Shown: one piece after another, positions 29,172 through 38,834 of the stretch
Layout: the number at the start of each line of letters is the position of its first letter
Position numbering within the stretch: the first letter of the stretch is position 1
IMG/VR virus record: IMGVR_UViG_3300029305_003510
Location: 1 to 64,000 of that record
Strand: one strand, 5' to 3'
Origin: a virus
Taxonomy: Duplodnaviria; Caudoviricetes
DNA: 64,000 bases
Position numbers and translations under genes: made by a program
Notes under the pieces: generated by a model
Told to the model about the DNA's origin: nothing
Database searches by the model: none
The model's input: the letters and a program-made list of their open reading frames with translations, nothing else

Positions 29172-30350
29172 GTGATAAAATATATGGATAACACCAATAG
29201 CAATAACAGTCTAATTCGATATATAATCGGTGCATCGAGAATCAAATATGAGATTCTTGATCAACTATATGCCGGTATTAATATGAGTCAATATAAGATG
29301 GGCGTCATGTATGTGGATGCCCATAGTATTTTTTATAGACTCTATAAAGAGAAAAACCTGGCAAATCTATATAGCTCTAACCAGGGAGAACTGATCAGAG
29401 ATTTAGTTGTGGGGTTTCTGAATGTTCTCGGGCATTATAGACGTTATATGGCTACACGTATGGGTCTCGATAATGACATTTATGTAATGTTTAATCGAGA
29501 ACCAGCTAAATATAACGTAAAACATTACGAAGATTTTAATAAGAAACTCTATAAACGGTATGATAGTAATGATCCTAACTTTGGTTTTATCACAGAATCT
29601 GTAGAACTTGCTTGGCAATTTATACTTGGACTTTCTCCATATTTTGAAGGAATCTATTGTATCGATAATGCTGGCATCGACGATTTTGCTCTGATGTGTA
29701 AGCTCGGATTCTCTGATGATATTTTCTATACTATCTATAGCAAATCCATGTATGGAACGCAGTTGATTAAACAAAATGTCGTTCAGTTATTCAATCGTCG
29801 AGATAACTCGCGATTGATCACCGAAGGAACTTGTTATAAGAGAGGTATTCTATTTGATTTGAAAGCAAAAGCCAGTGAAAAACTAACGCCTGATATGCTG
29901 CCGTTATTATGGACATTTGCTGGTTGTAGTGATGTATCAATGATTGGAACTAAGTATGTACAGAGAATCTCTACGATTCTGAAAGCTGCTAACAAAATGG
30001 CAGAAGAAAATATACTCATTCCGGGAACTTCTATACAGAGTTTTCTTGACACAGTTGGTGATTATCTTGGTACTGGAACAAACGGTTGCAGCATGAAACT
30101 GACAATCAAGATTGATCGCAACCAGCTCATTAAACGCTATCGAGCGCTATCACCACAGTTAGCAGCTGCTGCTATTACTTCCGACCAGTGGGCCCGTATC
30201 ACTGCACAGCTGTATGATATCTATGATGAAAACGAATTGGAGAATTTGAATGAGCTACTGGCTGCAGGACATGTAGATCCAGAATTATTGGAAATCACAA
30301 ACTTGAATATGAGTGTAGCACCGAAATATGATTTCGACTACTATAATTAA
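29172..30350 (+). CDS. Hypothetical protein, possibly PIN/5'-3' exonuclease-like
   Basis: YVDAHSIFYRLY, VGFLN and IDDF weakly resemble FEN/T4 RNase H motifs. Confidence 0.4.
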   Translation: MIKYMDNTNSNNSLIRYIIGASRIKYEILDQLYAGINMSQYKMGVMYVDAHSIFYRLYKEKNLANLYSSNQGELIRDLVVGFLNVLGHYRRYMATRMGLDNDIYVMFNREPAKYNVKHYEDFNKKLYKRYDSNDPNFGFITESVELAWQFILGLSPYFEGIYCIDNAGIDDFALMCKLGFSDDIFYTIYSKSMYGTQLIKQNVVQLFNRRDNSRLITEGTCYKRGILFDLKAKASEKLTPDMLPLLWTFAGCSDVSMIGTKYVQRISTILKAANKMAEENILIPGTSIQSFLDTVGDYLGTGTNGCSMKLTIKIDRNQLIKRYRALSPQLAAAAITSDQWARITAQLYDIYDENELENLNELLAAGHVDPELLEITNLNMSVAPKYDFDYYN

Positions 30351-30369
30351 TCAAAGGAGGTTAGTATAT

Positions 30370-31608
30370 ATGGCATCCGGACAACCTCTGGTACTTCACC
30401 AGTATAAATACGTCCCAAGAAATATAGTATTAACAATCGGTGATAATACATACACCTATCGGGATGGAGCAATTACATATATCAACATCATCCACGACTA
30501 TACTAAAAGACGACTCCCGGTTATTCAGTGTGGTTTGGAGATGGAGGTTGCTATCATTGAAGAACTATATAAACATACAGATGCTACGAAGCTGAAATTG
30601 GATATCTATGAACTCCAGCTGGATAGCGATCAAAATGTAATCAATACAAGTCTTTATTTACAGTATACATTCCATGTCGTTCCTGCTCGTGATCAGACTG
30701 TTTATATCACCACTACCGATACCGAAACACAACAGCTTATGGATGTAATGAAAACGCTGCAGAACTTCGAAATGTACTTAATTGATATGGATGCGGTTCG
30801 TTGGTTTACTACTGAAAAGGATATGATCTTTGAAGAGTCTACCTATGCAGCAGCACTTCAGGCAATGTTCGTTGTACGTGAAATTCCTGCACAAAAGGTC
30901 ATTGCAACGCCTCCAATGTTGAATGGTTCTATTAAGAATATGAATATCCCATTAGAGGATTTGATTCATAACATTCAGCATCTGAATACGACTTATGGAC
31001 TTTATGATGGAACACCTATCGTATATTACGACTTGTTCTATCTGTATTGTCTTTCTAAACAGGATCCAAATATTATCATCGAAAGCGCGACAGATTTTGG
31101 TACAGTCTCATTTGTTCTAATGAATCCTGGTAAACCTGCACGTGAAATCACTGGATCTTGCGATGACCCTGAAGAAGCTACACACTGGGTAAATCTGAAC
31201 AATACTCCGGGTATTTTCGATACAACCCCGAAAGATACTGCAGCAAAACTGGCAACGGTTACTACAGTTAATAGTAAGGGTAAAATCGAAAAGATGACTC
31301 TCGATGATAATGCCACAACACTGAAGTATATCTATGCCAATAATGAACTTTCCAGTGCGCAGTTAGTGAATGAACTAATGGTCGGTCCTACAGTTTCCGT
31401 TATGGCGCTGAATAGCTCAGTAAAATTCCTGAAGCCTTATAAAGATTATACGTTTGTGCTTGATACATCTTATCAAAATCTTGGTCTCAGTGGAAAGATC
31501 TTCAGACTCCTTGGATTTGTTCTTGGTATCCACCGAGAAGGATCTGATAATTATATCACTGAAGTTACTGCAACACTGTATACACCAAGACGTGAAGAAG
31601 AAACTTGA
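30370..31608 (+). CDS. Probable virion (baseplate hub-like) protein
   Basis: SD AAGGAGG before ATG 30370; beta-rich. Confidence 0.45.
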   Translation: MASGQPLVLHQYKYVPRNIVLTIGDNTYTYRDGAITYINIIHDYTKRRLPVIQCGLEMEVAIIEELYKHTDATKLKLDIYELQLDSDQNVINTSLYLQYTFHVVPARDQTVYITTTDTETQQLMDVMKTLQNFEMYLIDMDAVRWFTTEKDMIFEESTYAAALQAMFVVREIPAQKVIATPPMLNGSIKNMNIPLEDLIHNIQHLNTTYGLYDGTPIVYYDLFYLYCLSKQDPNIIIESATDFGTVSFVLMNPGKPAREITGSCDDPEEATHWVNLNNTPGIFDTTPKDTAAKLATVTTVNSKGKIEKMTLDDNATTLKYIYANNELSSAQLVNELMVGPTVSVMALNSSVKFLKPYKDYTFVLDTSYQNLGLSGKIFRLLGFVLGIHREGSDNYITEVTATLYTPRREEET

Positions 31609-31618
31609 TACAAATAAG

Positions 31619-31646
31619 ATACGGAGAGGGATCGCCCTCTCCGTAT
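31619..31646. terminator. Bidirectional terminator
   Basis: ATACGGAGAGGG-ATCG-CCCTCTCCGTAT. Confidence 0.7.
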
Positions 31647-31654
31647 TATTTTCT

Positions 31655-32683
31655 TCACACTTTATAGACCGGATTATATGGAATCGGTTTATTTTTATCA
31701 ATAGATTTTGTATTCAATGCAGCAAAGAGTCCAGTCTGTATAATGATGGCAACGATTGTATTTTTATTATCGTTGATCTTATTCTGAAGTTCCTGTAATT
31801 TAGTATCAAAAGCCGCCTGATAGATTGTAATATAGCCATTGAATAACCTCATCATCTCCACATGAATAGCAGCATAGCGAGAATATTCATTAGCCATAAA
31901 AGCTTCCTTATCCGGATCGGCAATAGCCTGAATACGATTTGTGATAATACTGGTAGGATTCTTTGTTACACCGGCATACGTTTTCTTCAACAGCTCGTAA
32001 TCATCGATGAGATTCTTACGTGCTCTCATAATATCATCTTTATCTCGCTTGTAAGTAGTAATCTGTTCGATATACTTATCAAGAGTCTGATGATCGATGG
32101 TTACTATCACAGGCTTACCACGAACGCGTTTTTCAACAATCTTTTTCGTAGAACTACGCAGATCAAAGGGATCAGGTGTAGTTCCCAGAACTTCCTTACC
32201 AAAAGATTGCAGAAGCTTATCGATACGAGATCCTACTTTCTCGGAAGTGAGATTTCCAGATCGAATATCATCATGAAGTTTAATGATATCTTTCTCGATA
32301 CCAGAGGTAGTACGAATAGCATGAGGATAATCACGAACTTCAGGATATTCAAATGTCTCATGCTTAATAGGCTCTTTCGTTTTATCTAATCTATCAAGAA
32401 TAACTTCTCGATATTTCTCGAGAAGCTTTACATTGTTCAAATAATAATTATTAAGAACAGAAAGTACCCGCTGGACCAGTTTAAGAAGAGTCTCTTTCAC
32501 ATTCTCTAAAATTTCGTAAAACATTGAATGGGTATAGGTTGTTGCTGTAGAAATAATTCTTGCTTCGCCCAAACCAGAACCGAGCGCATCAATGCAACTC
32601 TCTACGATATCTAATTTTTCATATGTTTCAACCACAGCTAGATGATTTGTAATCCCACACTGTGTCATAAACTTTGTTGTCAT
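31655..32683 (-). CDS. Internal head protein-like (phiKZ_IP-type)
   Basis: VVET/IVES/ILEN motifs followed by amphipathic helix VKETLLKLVQRVLSVL; late promoter. Confidence 0.55.
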   Translation of the reverse strand: MTTKFMTQCGITNHLAVVETYEKLDIVESCIDALGSGLGEARIISTATTYTHSMFYEILENVKETLLKLVQRVLSVLNNYYLNNVKLLEKYREVILDRLDKTKEPIKHETFEYPEVRDYPHAIRTTSGIEKDIIKLHDDIRSGNLTSEKVGSRIDKLLQSFGKEVLGTTPDPFDLRSSTKKIVEKRVRGKPVIVTIDHQTLDKYIEQITTYKRDKDDIMRARKNLIDDYELLKKTYAGVTKNPTSIITNRIQAIADPDKEAFMANEYSRYAAIHVEMMRLFNGYITIYQAAFDTKLQELQNKINDNKNTIVAIIIQTGLFAALNTKSIDKNKPIPYNPVYKV

Positions 32684-32710
32684 CGGAAATATAACCTCCT
32701 CTTATTGTGC

Positions 32711-32723
32711 TTATAAAAATGTC
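32711..32723 (-). promoter_or_regulatory. Putative late promoter GACA-N4-TATAA
   Basis: GACATTTTTATAA. Confidence 0.6.
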
Positions 32724-32755
32724 ATTATTATTCCTGATTTGAGCGGAAATTGAGA

Positions 32756-32765
32756 TATATACTAT
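32756..32765 (+). promoter_or_regulatory. Putative early promoter variant TATATACTAT
   Basis: One mismatch to TATATATTAT; upstream of the 32820/33067 operon. Confidence 0.45.
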
Positions 32766-32819
32766 ATTTGTAGAAAGAGGAATTTGAAATAATTCCAAGA
32801 CCAAATATGTAAAAGAAAG

Positions 32820-33032
32820 TTGAGGTACAAAGAAATGACTCGAACTGAAATTAATACTTGGAAGAATTCTGAGATTGCTCGTATTGAGCGTGAGACTGCT
32901 AGTAAAATGGCAAAAGACAAAACGGTCCATCAGGACCGCATGAGCCTCATCAAAGCAATGGGAGAAGCCGCTCAGCGCGGTGATTTTGATCTGATGGTTG
33001 AAATTAAGGGCAAGTTGGCTATGTGCCACTGA
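32820..33032 (+). CDS. Small hypothetical protein (probable start ATG 32834)
   Basis: SD GAGG upstream; biased codons. Confidence 0.6.
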   Translation: MRYKEMTRTEINTWKNSEIARIERETASKMAKDKTVHQDRMSLIKAMGEAAQRGDFDLMVEIKGKLAMCH

Positions 33033-33066
33033 ACCTATATAAACAAAAAATAAAGGAGAATCATTT

Positions 33067-34119
33067 ATGGAAAACCTTACTACAAAGATCAACGCAAATG
33101 TCCGTGCTCTTCTGCAGAACTATTACCATGAGGGTAACATCAAGGCAGCTACTAGACTCCGCACTGCACTGTATGATGTCTATGATAGCGACGCAGTCGA
33201 CAAACTTGTCGTTTCGATCTATGATCAGTGTGAAAGCAATGTACTCTATCCCGAAGACCACGACTTCGCCATCCTCGGTACCAATATCAATTTCATCAAG
33301 ATCATGTGCTCTATCATTCAGGATATCACGGAGTATTCCGATGACGATGATTGGGCGCTGGATCTGATCAAACGTGCACTGCATTTTGTTCCTACTCGTG
33401 AATATGCTTTGCAGTATCTCGAGAGTGACATTGAAATCGGTATGCGTTTCACCGACATTCTGCGTGAACTCATCGATGAGATTGAGGCCGATAAAGACAC
33501 ACCCAAGGATACTCAATGCTACATTCACGTAAGGCAAACACTGGCGCTTTTCAATGATGTATATGAAGCACGAAATCATATCTTCGAAGTCGATCCCAAG
33601 ATCATAGCTGAAATCAAAGAAGTTCTCTTCAACGAGGAGACTGAGGTACAAGTCTTTGAGATTTGGGATCAGCTCCACTATAAGTACAATGGAGCAACGG
33701 CTAACCATGTAATCGTTGAAATCATGGATGGATATATCGCAACCGCCAATTATGATGGGCTGTATAATATCCTTCTGCAGGGATTTGATGAGATCGAATA
33801 TTTCAATGACGAGATTGTCGATGCACCTATTCGAGCTCTCAAGTATGTGATGACATTACCCGCAACACAAGAGACTGCTGAGTTATTCAATATCTGTTTC
33901 ACTGCTATCAGAGATTTGCTTGGAAGCATGGATGAATATGGCGATGAGACCGATGTTACCTATGTTGCAAAGCTTGAAACAAATCTCTCTGAGATGAAGT
34001 CTGATATTTTCAAGCACATCACCGATGAAAACGATTATCATGATCTCATGGATCTGGTCAACGAAACCAAATGCTATCTTGCCAATGAAGATGACGACGA
34101 GGATGAAGACCTCTACTAA
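33067..34119 (+). CDS. Acidic helical hypothetical protein
   Basis: 350 aa, D/E-rich; SD AAGGAG. Confidence 0.75.
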   Translation: MENLTTKINANVRALLQNYYHEGNIKAATRLRTALYDVYDSDAVDKLVVSIYDQCESNVLYPEDHDFAILGTNINFIKIMCSIIQDITEYSDDDDWALDLIKRALHFVPTREYALQYLESDIEIGMRFTDILRELIDEIEADKDTPKDTQCYIHVRQTLALFNDVYEARNHIFEVDPKIIAEIKEVLFNEETEVQVFEIWDQLHYKYNGATANHVIVEIMDGYIATANYDGLYNILLQGFDEIEYFNDEIVDAPIRALKYVMTLPATQETAELFNICFTAIRDLLGSMDEYGDETDVTYVAKLETNLSEMKSDIFKHITDENDYHDLMDLVNETKCYLANEDDDEDEDLY

Positions 34120-34133
34120 GTCGCAAAGAGAAT

Positions 34134-34166
34134 ACACCCCGGGATTGCTCCCGGGGTGTTTCTTTT
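34134..34166. terminator. Bidirectional terminator
   Basis: ACACCCCGGGA-TTGC-TCCCGGGGTGT followed by a T-tract. Confidence 0.7.
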
Positions 34167-34180
34167 ACTCCAAATGGAGA

Positions 34181-35353
34181 TTACTTATTGCCCTTGAAAC
34201 CAGCAAACTTGGTCAGGACATTCATGTAGTCACTGGTCATACTCTGAACCAGGCTGGTGTGCAGCTGACGAGCAGAGTTCGCAGTGGTCTCATACATAGT
34301 GGTCTGCTTCATGATCAGATCATAGTAAGCCTTATAACCCTCACGCAGAACACGAACAACCTCAGCGGGATACTTATCCTCATCCTTGATGTTCAGATCG
34401 CTGCCGATCTTCTCCAGAGCAGCCTTGTAATCAACCAGATCCTTCAGATGCTTCTCATACACCTTCTTGATAGCTTCAATAGCCTTGCCGCTATCCTTAA
34501 CAGCATTCAGCATCTTACCAGCATCGCCACCGACCTTAGTCTCAACCTTCTCGGCACCACGAGCCTTCTTAGTGACCTCAGCCCAGATAACATCGACGGA
34601 AGAAGCGCTGCCAACACCGAAGATACCAGAAGCAGTCTTAGCGAAGTTCTTCTCGAAATCTTCGCGCTCCTTCTTAAACTCACCGGCCAGCTTATCTTCA
34701 TCAGCGACATAGGACTTCACGCCCTCAGAATCAGCATCAGTGGGATTCTTCTTAGTACCCTTAAACTCAGCAGCACCAGCGATCATATTCTTACCGAAAT
34801 CGCTGATACCCTTAGCCTTCTTATCGCCCTGCTGAACAACCTCACGCCAGTCATCAACCAGCTTACCAACATTGGCAGCCAGCTCACCATTAGCACCGAG
34901 ATAGTCAGGATTCCAGCGATAGCACTCAACGGAGAAATCGCTGTAACCGGGCTGACGCTGAGCAGCCTGAATCTTGGGCTCCATGATCTTGACCCACTTA
35001 TCGGTCTTACCGGTCATCTTATAGAAGTAGGCCTTGATCTTCTCGATGATACCCTTGACCATAGAAATGATCTTATTGAAGAACTTGATTACGCCTTCCT
35101 TAATGGTGGTGAACACATTCTCATGCAGAGTGTCAACACGATCAGGAGCGGTCATAGCAGCTTCGGCCAGGAGCTCATCAGTAGAAACGATGATCTCACG
35201 CATATCAGCAGCCTCGGACATGATACGATAGTTCATGTCGGCGGTGCATTCATTCAGATTGTCGGTGCCAAATTCATACGCCGCAATGGGACTATGAGCA
35301 GCACCAGCGCTTTCCACAAGGGCCTGTGCCAGGCCAAAGGGAGTAATAGCCAT
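34181..35353 (-). CDS. Abundant internal head protein (phiKZ_IP-like)
   Basis: Extreme codon bias; LVES, LNEC, MSEA, LAEA and LHEN motifs, then IKEGVIKFFNKIISMVKGIIEKIK. Confidence 0.65.
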   Translation of the reverse strand: MAITPFGLAQALVESAGAAHSPIAAYEFGTDNLNECTADMNYRIMSEAADMREIIVSTDELLAEAAMTAPDRVDTLHENVFTTIKEGVIKFFNKIISMVKGIIEKIKAYFYKMTGKTDKWVKIMEPKIQAAQRQPGYSDFSVECYRWNPDYLGANGELAANVGKLVDDWREVVQQGDKKAKGISDFGKNMIAGAAEFKGTKKNPTDADSEGVKSYVADEDKLAGEFKKEREDFEKNFAKTASGIFGVGSASSVDVIWAEVTKKARGAEKVETKVGGDAGKMLNAVKDSGKAIEAIKKVYEKHLKDLVDYKAALEKIGSDLNIKDEDKYPAEVVRVLREGYKAYYDLIMKQTTMYETTANSARQLHTSLVQSMTSDYMNVLTKFAGFKGNK

Positions 35354-35394
35354 AGTGTACGTACCTCCTTATAGTTTATCCAAAGTGGCGTTAA

Positions 35395-36579
35395 TTACAG
35401 CGCAAAGTCCATGATTACGTCGAAATCGTCGATATCGGACGCATCATTGTTGTTGGACTTGGTGTCCTTCCAGCTCAGCATCTTGCCGAACATAGCCTTG
35501 GCCTGGTCATTACGAGTCTTGAAGAAGTTATACTTCAGGCTCTTAACCTTATTGATAACAGCATAGGTATCGCTGACACAGGACATATAGACGCTATAGT
35601 AGGAAGAAACCAGAGACAGAGCGTTGGCATTAGCACTCTTATCTTCCTTATCGCTGTTGAACTTATCGATATCGGACTGGATCTGAGAAGTCTCGCCATC
35701 CAGGTCGCTATAGTAGTTCTTAGCAGCCTGCTCGATACGGACATACTCATCCTTGATAGCAGCCAGATCAGTAGGATCCTGCAGAATCTTGCCCAGAGCG
35801 CCCAGATCAAAGCCCTTCTGACCATGCTTGATATCAATCTTCTCACCATACAGCTTAGAGCGACAATCAGCCTCCCAGCCATCCTTGGCCAGATTCATAC
35901 CGGTCAGCTCTTTCGCGACATTGTAAGCACGATCAGCAGAAGACAGGTTGGTTAGACGATCAATATAAGCCTTGGCAGACTTCTCACCAGCAGAACCGGA
36001 CTTAATCTCACCGCTGTGTTCAGTCCAGAATTTCTTGGGAGAATCGAACTTACCGCCGGTGGCCTTAGCCATCAGGCTCTCGATACCCTCGCGGGACTCA
36101 AAGCCAGAGGGCTCAGCAAAAATCTTATCCTTGGTCATGATGTCATAGCCATTATAAACCAGACCATCATACTTCTTACCCTGGAGCAGCTTACTATCCT
36201 TATACTTCTCCCACAGCTGCTTACCAGTAAGTTTGATTTTATCGATCTGCAGCTTCAGCTTATTGATAATAGAGCGCAGGAACTTCAGGATCTTATCGAA
36301 GAAAGCTTTGATCTTCTTCTTGATATCCTCAAAGGACATCTCAACGATGGGCCCAAACTCGGGCTCATAGCCGCCAGAAATAGCATTGATAGTGGCCTCG
36401 ACGAGAGCTTCATTCTGCGCATTGCGCTGCTCGAGGAAGCTCATCTGGCTCTCAACGATGACCACAGGCAGGGTGTTAATAGCCTCATCCAGAGACATCT
36501 CCGGCATTTCATCGGTATAAGAACCACCGTTGAAGCCAGCGGCAGACTCTGTGAGCGCCATCAGCTCGTTAATTCTCAT
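35395..36579 (-). CDS. Abundant internal head protein (paralog of 34181..35353)
   Basis: LTES, LDEA, IVES, LVEA and IVEM motifs, then IKKKIKAFFDKILKFLRSIINKLK. Confidence 0.65.
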   Translation of the reverse strand: MRINELMALTESAAGFNGGSYTDEMPEMSLDEAINTLPVVIVESQMSFLEQRNAQNEALVEATINAISGGYEPEFGPIVEMSFEDIKKKIKAFFDKILKFLRSIINKLKLQIDKIKLTGKQLWEKYKDSKLLQGKKYDGLVYNGYDIMTKDKIFAEPSGFESREGIESLMAKATGGKFDSPKKFWTEHSGEIKSGSAGEKSAKAYIDRLTNLSSADRAYNVAKELTGMNLAKDGWEADCRSKLYGEKIDIKHGQKGFDLGALGKILQDPTDLAAIKDEYVRIEQAAKNYYSDLDGETSQIQSDIDKFNSDKEDKSANANALSLVSSYYSVYMSCVSDTYAVINKVKSLKYNFFKTRNDQAKAMFGKMLSWKDTKSNNNDASDIDDFDVIMDFAL

Positions 36580-36657
36580 AACAGTTTTTGCCTCCTTGTG
36601 TTTCAGAGTGGATTGTATTGTTATTGGGTTCGGGTTTCTTTCGACGTGAAAGCACGT

Positions 36658-36670
36658 TTATAACAATGTT
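36658..36670 (-). promoter_or_regulatory. Putative late promoter AACA-N4-TATAA
   Basis: AACATTGTTATAA. Confidence 0.65.
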
Positions 36671-36738
36671 TGGGGTAATTGTTAAGAAAAGTACAGAATC
36701 GGAGTTATTTTTGTATATGAACATAGCCTAAGGGGTAG

Positions 36739-37782
36739 TTAGGCCATCTTCAGCGTATTGAGAAGAAGTTCAGTATAACTCTTGATAGCATTCTCATGAG
36801 CTACACACTTCCTCAACTGTGTGGCCATAGTCATAACCACAACAGTGCCGATAGCAAAGATATTCACAGTCTGCATCAGAGCTACTTTCATAGTCTCTGC
36901 AGCTTTCTGCATATCGTAACCTTCACCATCAGTGATAGAACAGATCGAGTCATAGCAACTCATAGATATGTTCCGAAGAGTATGAGAGACCAGTCGCAAG
37001 AGAACGCGAACAATGTCTTCTTCATCACCACGATAAGGCCTCTCATCAGGATTACCATAACGCTGACCGGACATCAGGTCATTGAAATCAATACCCTGAC
37101 TTTCAACTGCCTCCAGACGGGACATGCGGTCCATATCTTTATAGACACAGTTGATGAGATCAACCATACCTTCAAAGGATCTTACTACACCGCTCTGGCG
37201 ACCATAGTCTTCACCATAGAAGGGCTTCAGCGTACTGGCCATAATAGGATCACGCAGCATCTCAGGACGATTAGAAAACAGGTTTACAAAATTGCGAGTT
37301 TCCCACATATTATTGAATGCAGGCATCGCATTGTAATTGTAACGACTGTGTTCAATACCCTGCTGCCGAATGAATTCTACATTCTTCATGAACAACCCAA
37401 CATGATGATTGAACGAATCCATAGTCGGGCTGTTAGGCCCATTATAGAGATCCAGCATTGCCTTCTGTTTAACGGCAGTACAGCGAATGATATTTGCAAC
37501 ATTACTTGCAACTTCAGCAACTCTCTCGAATTTACCAACCTGCATGTTAATGTCTTCATCGCCATATGTCATATTCAACAGAGGTGCAATCTGCTCTTCA
37601 TAAACAGGACCAAGTTTTCCGATTACCCACATAACAGGATCCCTGCTATGAGCTTCCCGGATCATTTCGGTAGACTGCTGTGCAGACACTGGAGCAGGAG
37701 GTCGAACAGCATCGTCAAACTCGCTCACGGACTCACACATCATAAATGCGCCACCCGGATACAAAGAATAATTCGGATACAT
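36739..37782 (-). CDS. Probable virion protein
   Basis: SD AAAGGAGG; located in the head-protein operon. Confidence 0.65.
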   Translation of the reverse strand: MYPNYSLYPGGAFMMCESVSEFDDAVRPPAPVSAQQSTEMIREAHSRDPVMWVIGKLGPVYEEQIAPLLNMTYGDEDINMQVGKFERVAEVASNVANIIRCTAVKQKAMLDLYNGPNSPTMDSFNHHVGLFMKNVEFIRQQGIEHSRYNYNAMPAFNNMWETRNFVNLFSNRPEMLRDPIMASTLKPFYGEDYGRQSGVVRSFEGMVDLINCVYKDMDRMSRLEAVESQGIDFNDLMSGQRYGNPDERPYRGDEEDIVRVLLRLVSHTLRNISMSCYDSICSITDGEGYDMQKAAETMKVALMQTVNIFAIGTVVVMTMATQLRKCVAHENAIKSYTELLLNTLKMA

Positions 37783-37797
37783 CTTCTTCCTCCTTTC

Positions 37798-38817
37798 TTA
37801 CAGCATCAGATCACCAGCAGTGAATGCGCCGGGATCACGGACAATGGGGCTATTCTGATCAACTCGCAGAGTTGCATTCTCCCTACGCTTCTGAACAGCG
37901 ACCATACTATTGGTAGTATCCATCTTAACAGCAACGCGATTCTTCCACTTCTCGAGTTTCTGCACGATCTTCTTCTGTCGAGCAATAACCTTCTTACTAC
38001 CACGACCACCTTCCAGTGATTCAATATTGGTATTAATCAGGTCAACCTGCAGAGAGAGCATATCAGAAATTTTTACTCGATTATAGTAGATAGAATAAAT
38101 AATTTCGCGAATCATAATAATGATACGAGGAATCATTGCAATCACAAAACCTACACCGATCACGGCTGCTGCAACTCCAGCCAGCGTGACACTTTCAGAC
38201 ATAGCCTTCTTCGTGCCAGTCTGTTCATATGACTGCAGGAGCTTGGTATAAGTATCAAGATCGCTGGATGCTGCCAGGATATTCTTGATATGAACATGTT
38301 TGATCGTGCCAGGAATTTCATCATAGAGGACCTGGCAATCGGTCTCAGTTTCTGTGGTAACAAACCGAATCGTATTACTCACCAGAATACCAACAGAATA
38401 CAGACATGCTGCAACCAGAGAGGTATACAACAGCTGAATCAAACCATTACCAGCCTGATACTGAGAACGATATTCATTTCGATTATTGGAGAGATGAGAC
38501 ATAACTCGTTTGACCGCTTCGCATACTTTCAGGTATTTCTCAGCGCCAGGATCAGTGCTGCTCTGATAAATGTTGGACAGAGTCGTAACATTTTCCAAAA
38601 TCATAGCCTTGTATTTGAAACGATCGATATCGCCGGCAGATTTCTCAATCTCACCAAAGTCCAGGGAATTATACTTATCTGTAATGAATTTCATCATCGC
38701 AGTAAGTACATCATCTGTAACCTGTACTTTTGCCTCCTCAGACAAGGCGAAGAAGTCTACACGATTGACTTCAATCGCAGCCTCAGTCAGCAACTTTGCA
38801 TAATCTAACTGAACCAT
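37798..38817 (-). CDS. Probable virion protein with hydrophobic segments
   Basis: SD AAGGAGG; LTEA, LSEE and MSES motifs; two hydrophobic stretches. Confidence 0.65.
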   Translation of the reverse strand: MVQLDYAKLLTEAAIEVNRVDFFALSEEAKVQVTDDVLTAMMKFITDKYNSLDFGEIEKSAGDIDRFKYKAMILENVTTLSNIYQSSTDPGAEKYLKVCEAVKRVMSHLSNNRNEYRSQYQAGNGLIQLLYTSLVAACLYSVGILVSNTIRFVTTETETDCQVLYDEIPGTIKHVHIKNILAASSDLDTYTKLLQSYEQTGTKKAMSESVTLAGVAAAVIGVGFVIAMIPRIIIMIREIIYSIYYNRVKISDMLSLQVDLINTNIESLEGGRGSKKVIARQKKIVQKLEKWKNRVAVKMDTTNSMVAVQKRRENATLRVDQNSPIVRDPGAFTAGDLML

Positions 38818-38834
38818 AATGACTTCTCCCTCCT

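Noticed and set aside
11120-34166. Recurring CCCGGG-containing hairpins as a repeat family
   Set aside because: Positions after or between convergent genes and flanking T-tracts fit ordinary intrinsic terminators.
34025-35374. Long antisense ORFs (also 90..1157, 4279..5301, 12927..13916, 36796..38019, 50602..51939, 59732..61276)
   Set aside because: They mirror strongly codon-biased genes on the opposite strand, lack SD sites and have no protein-like motifs.
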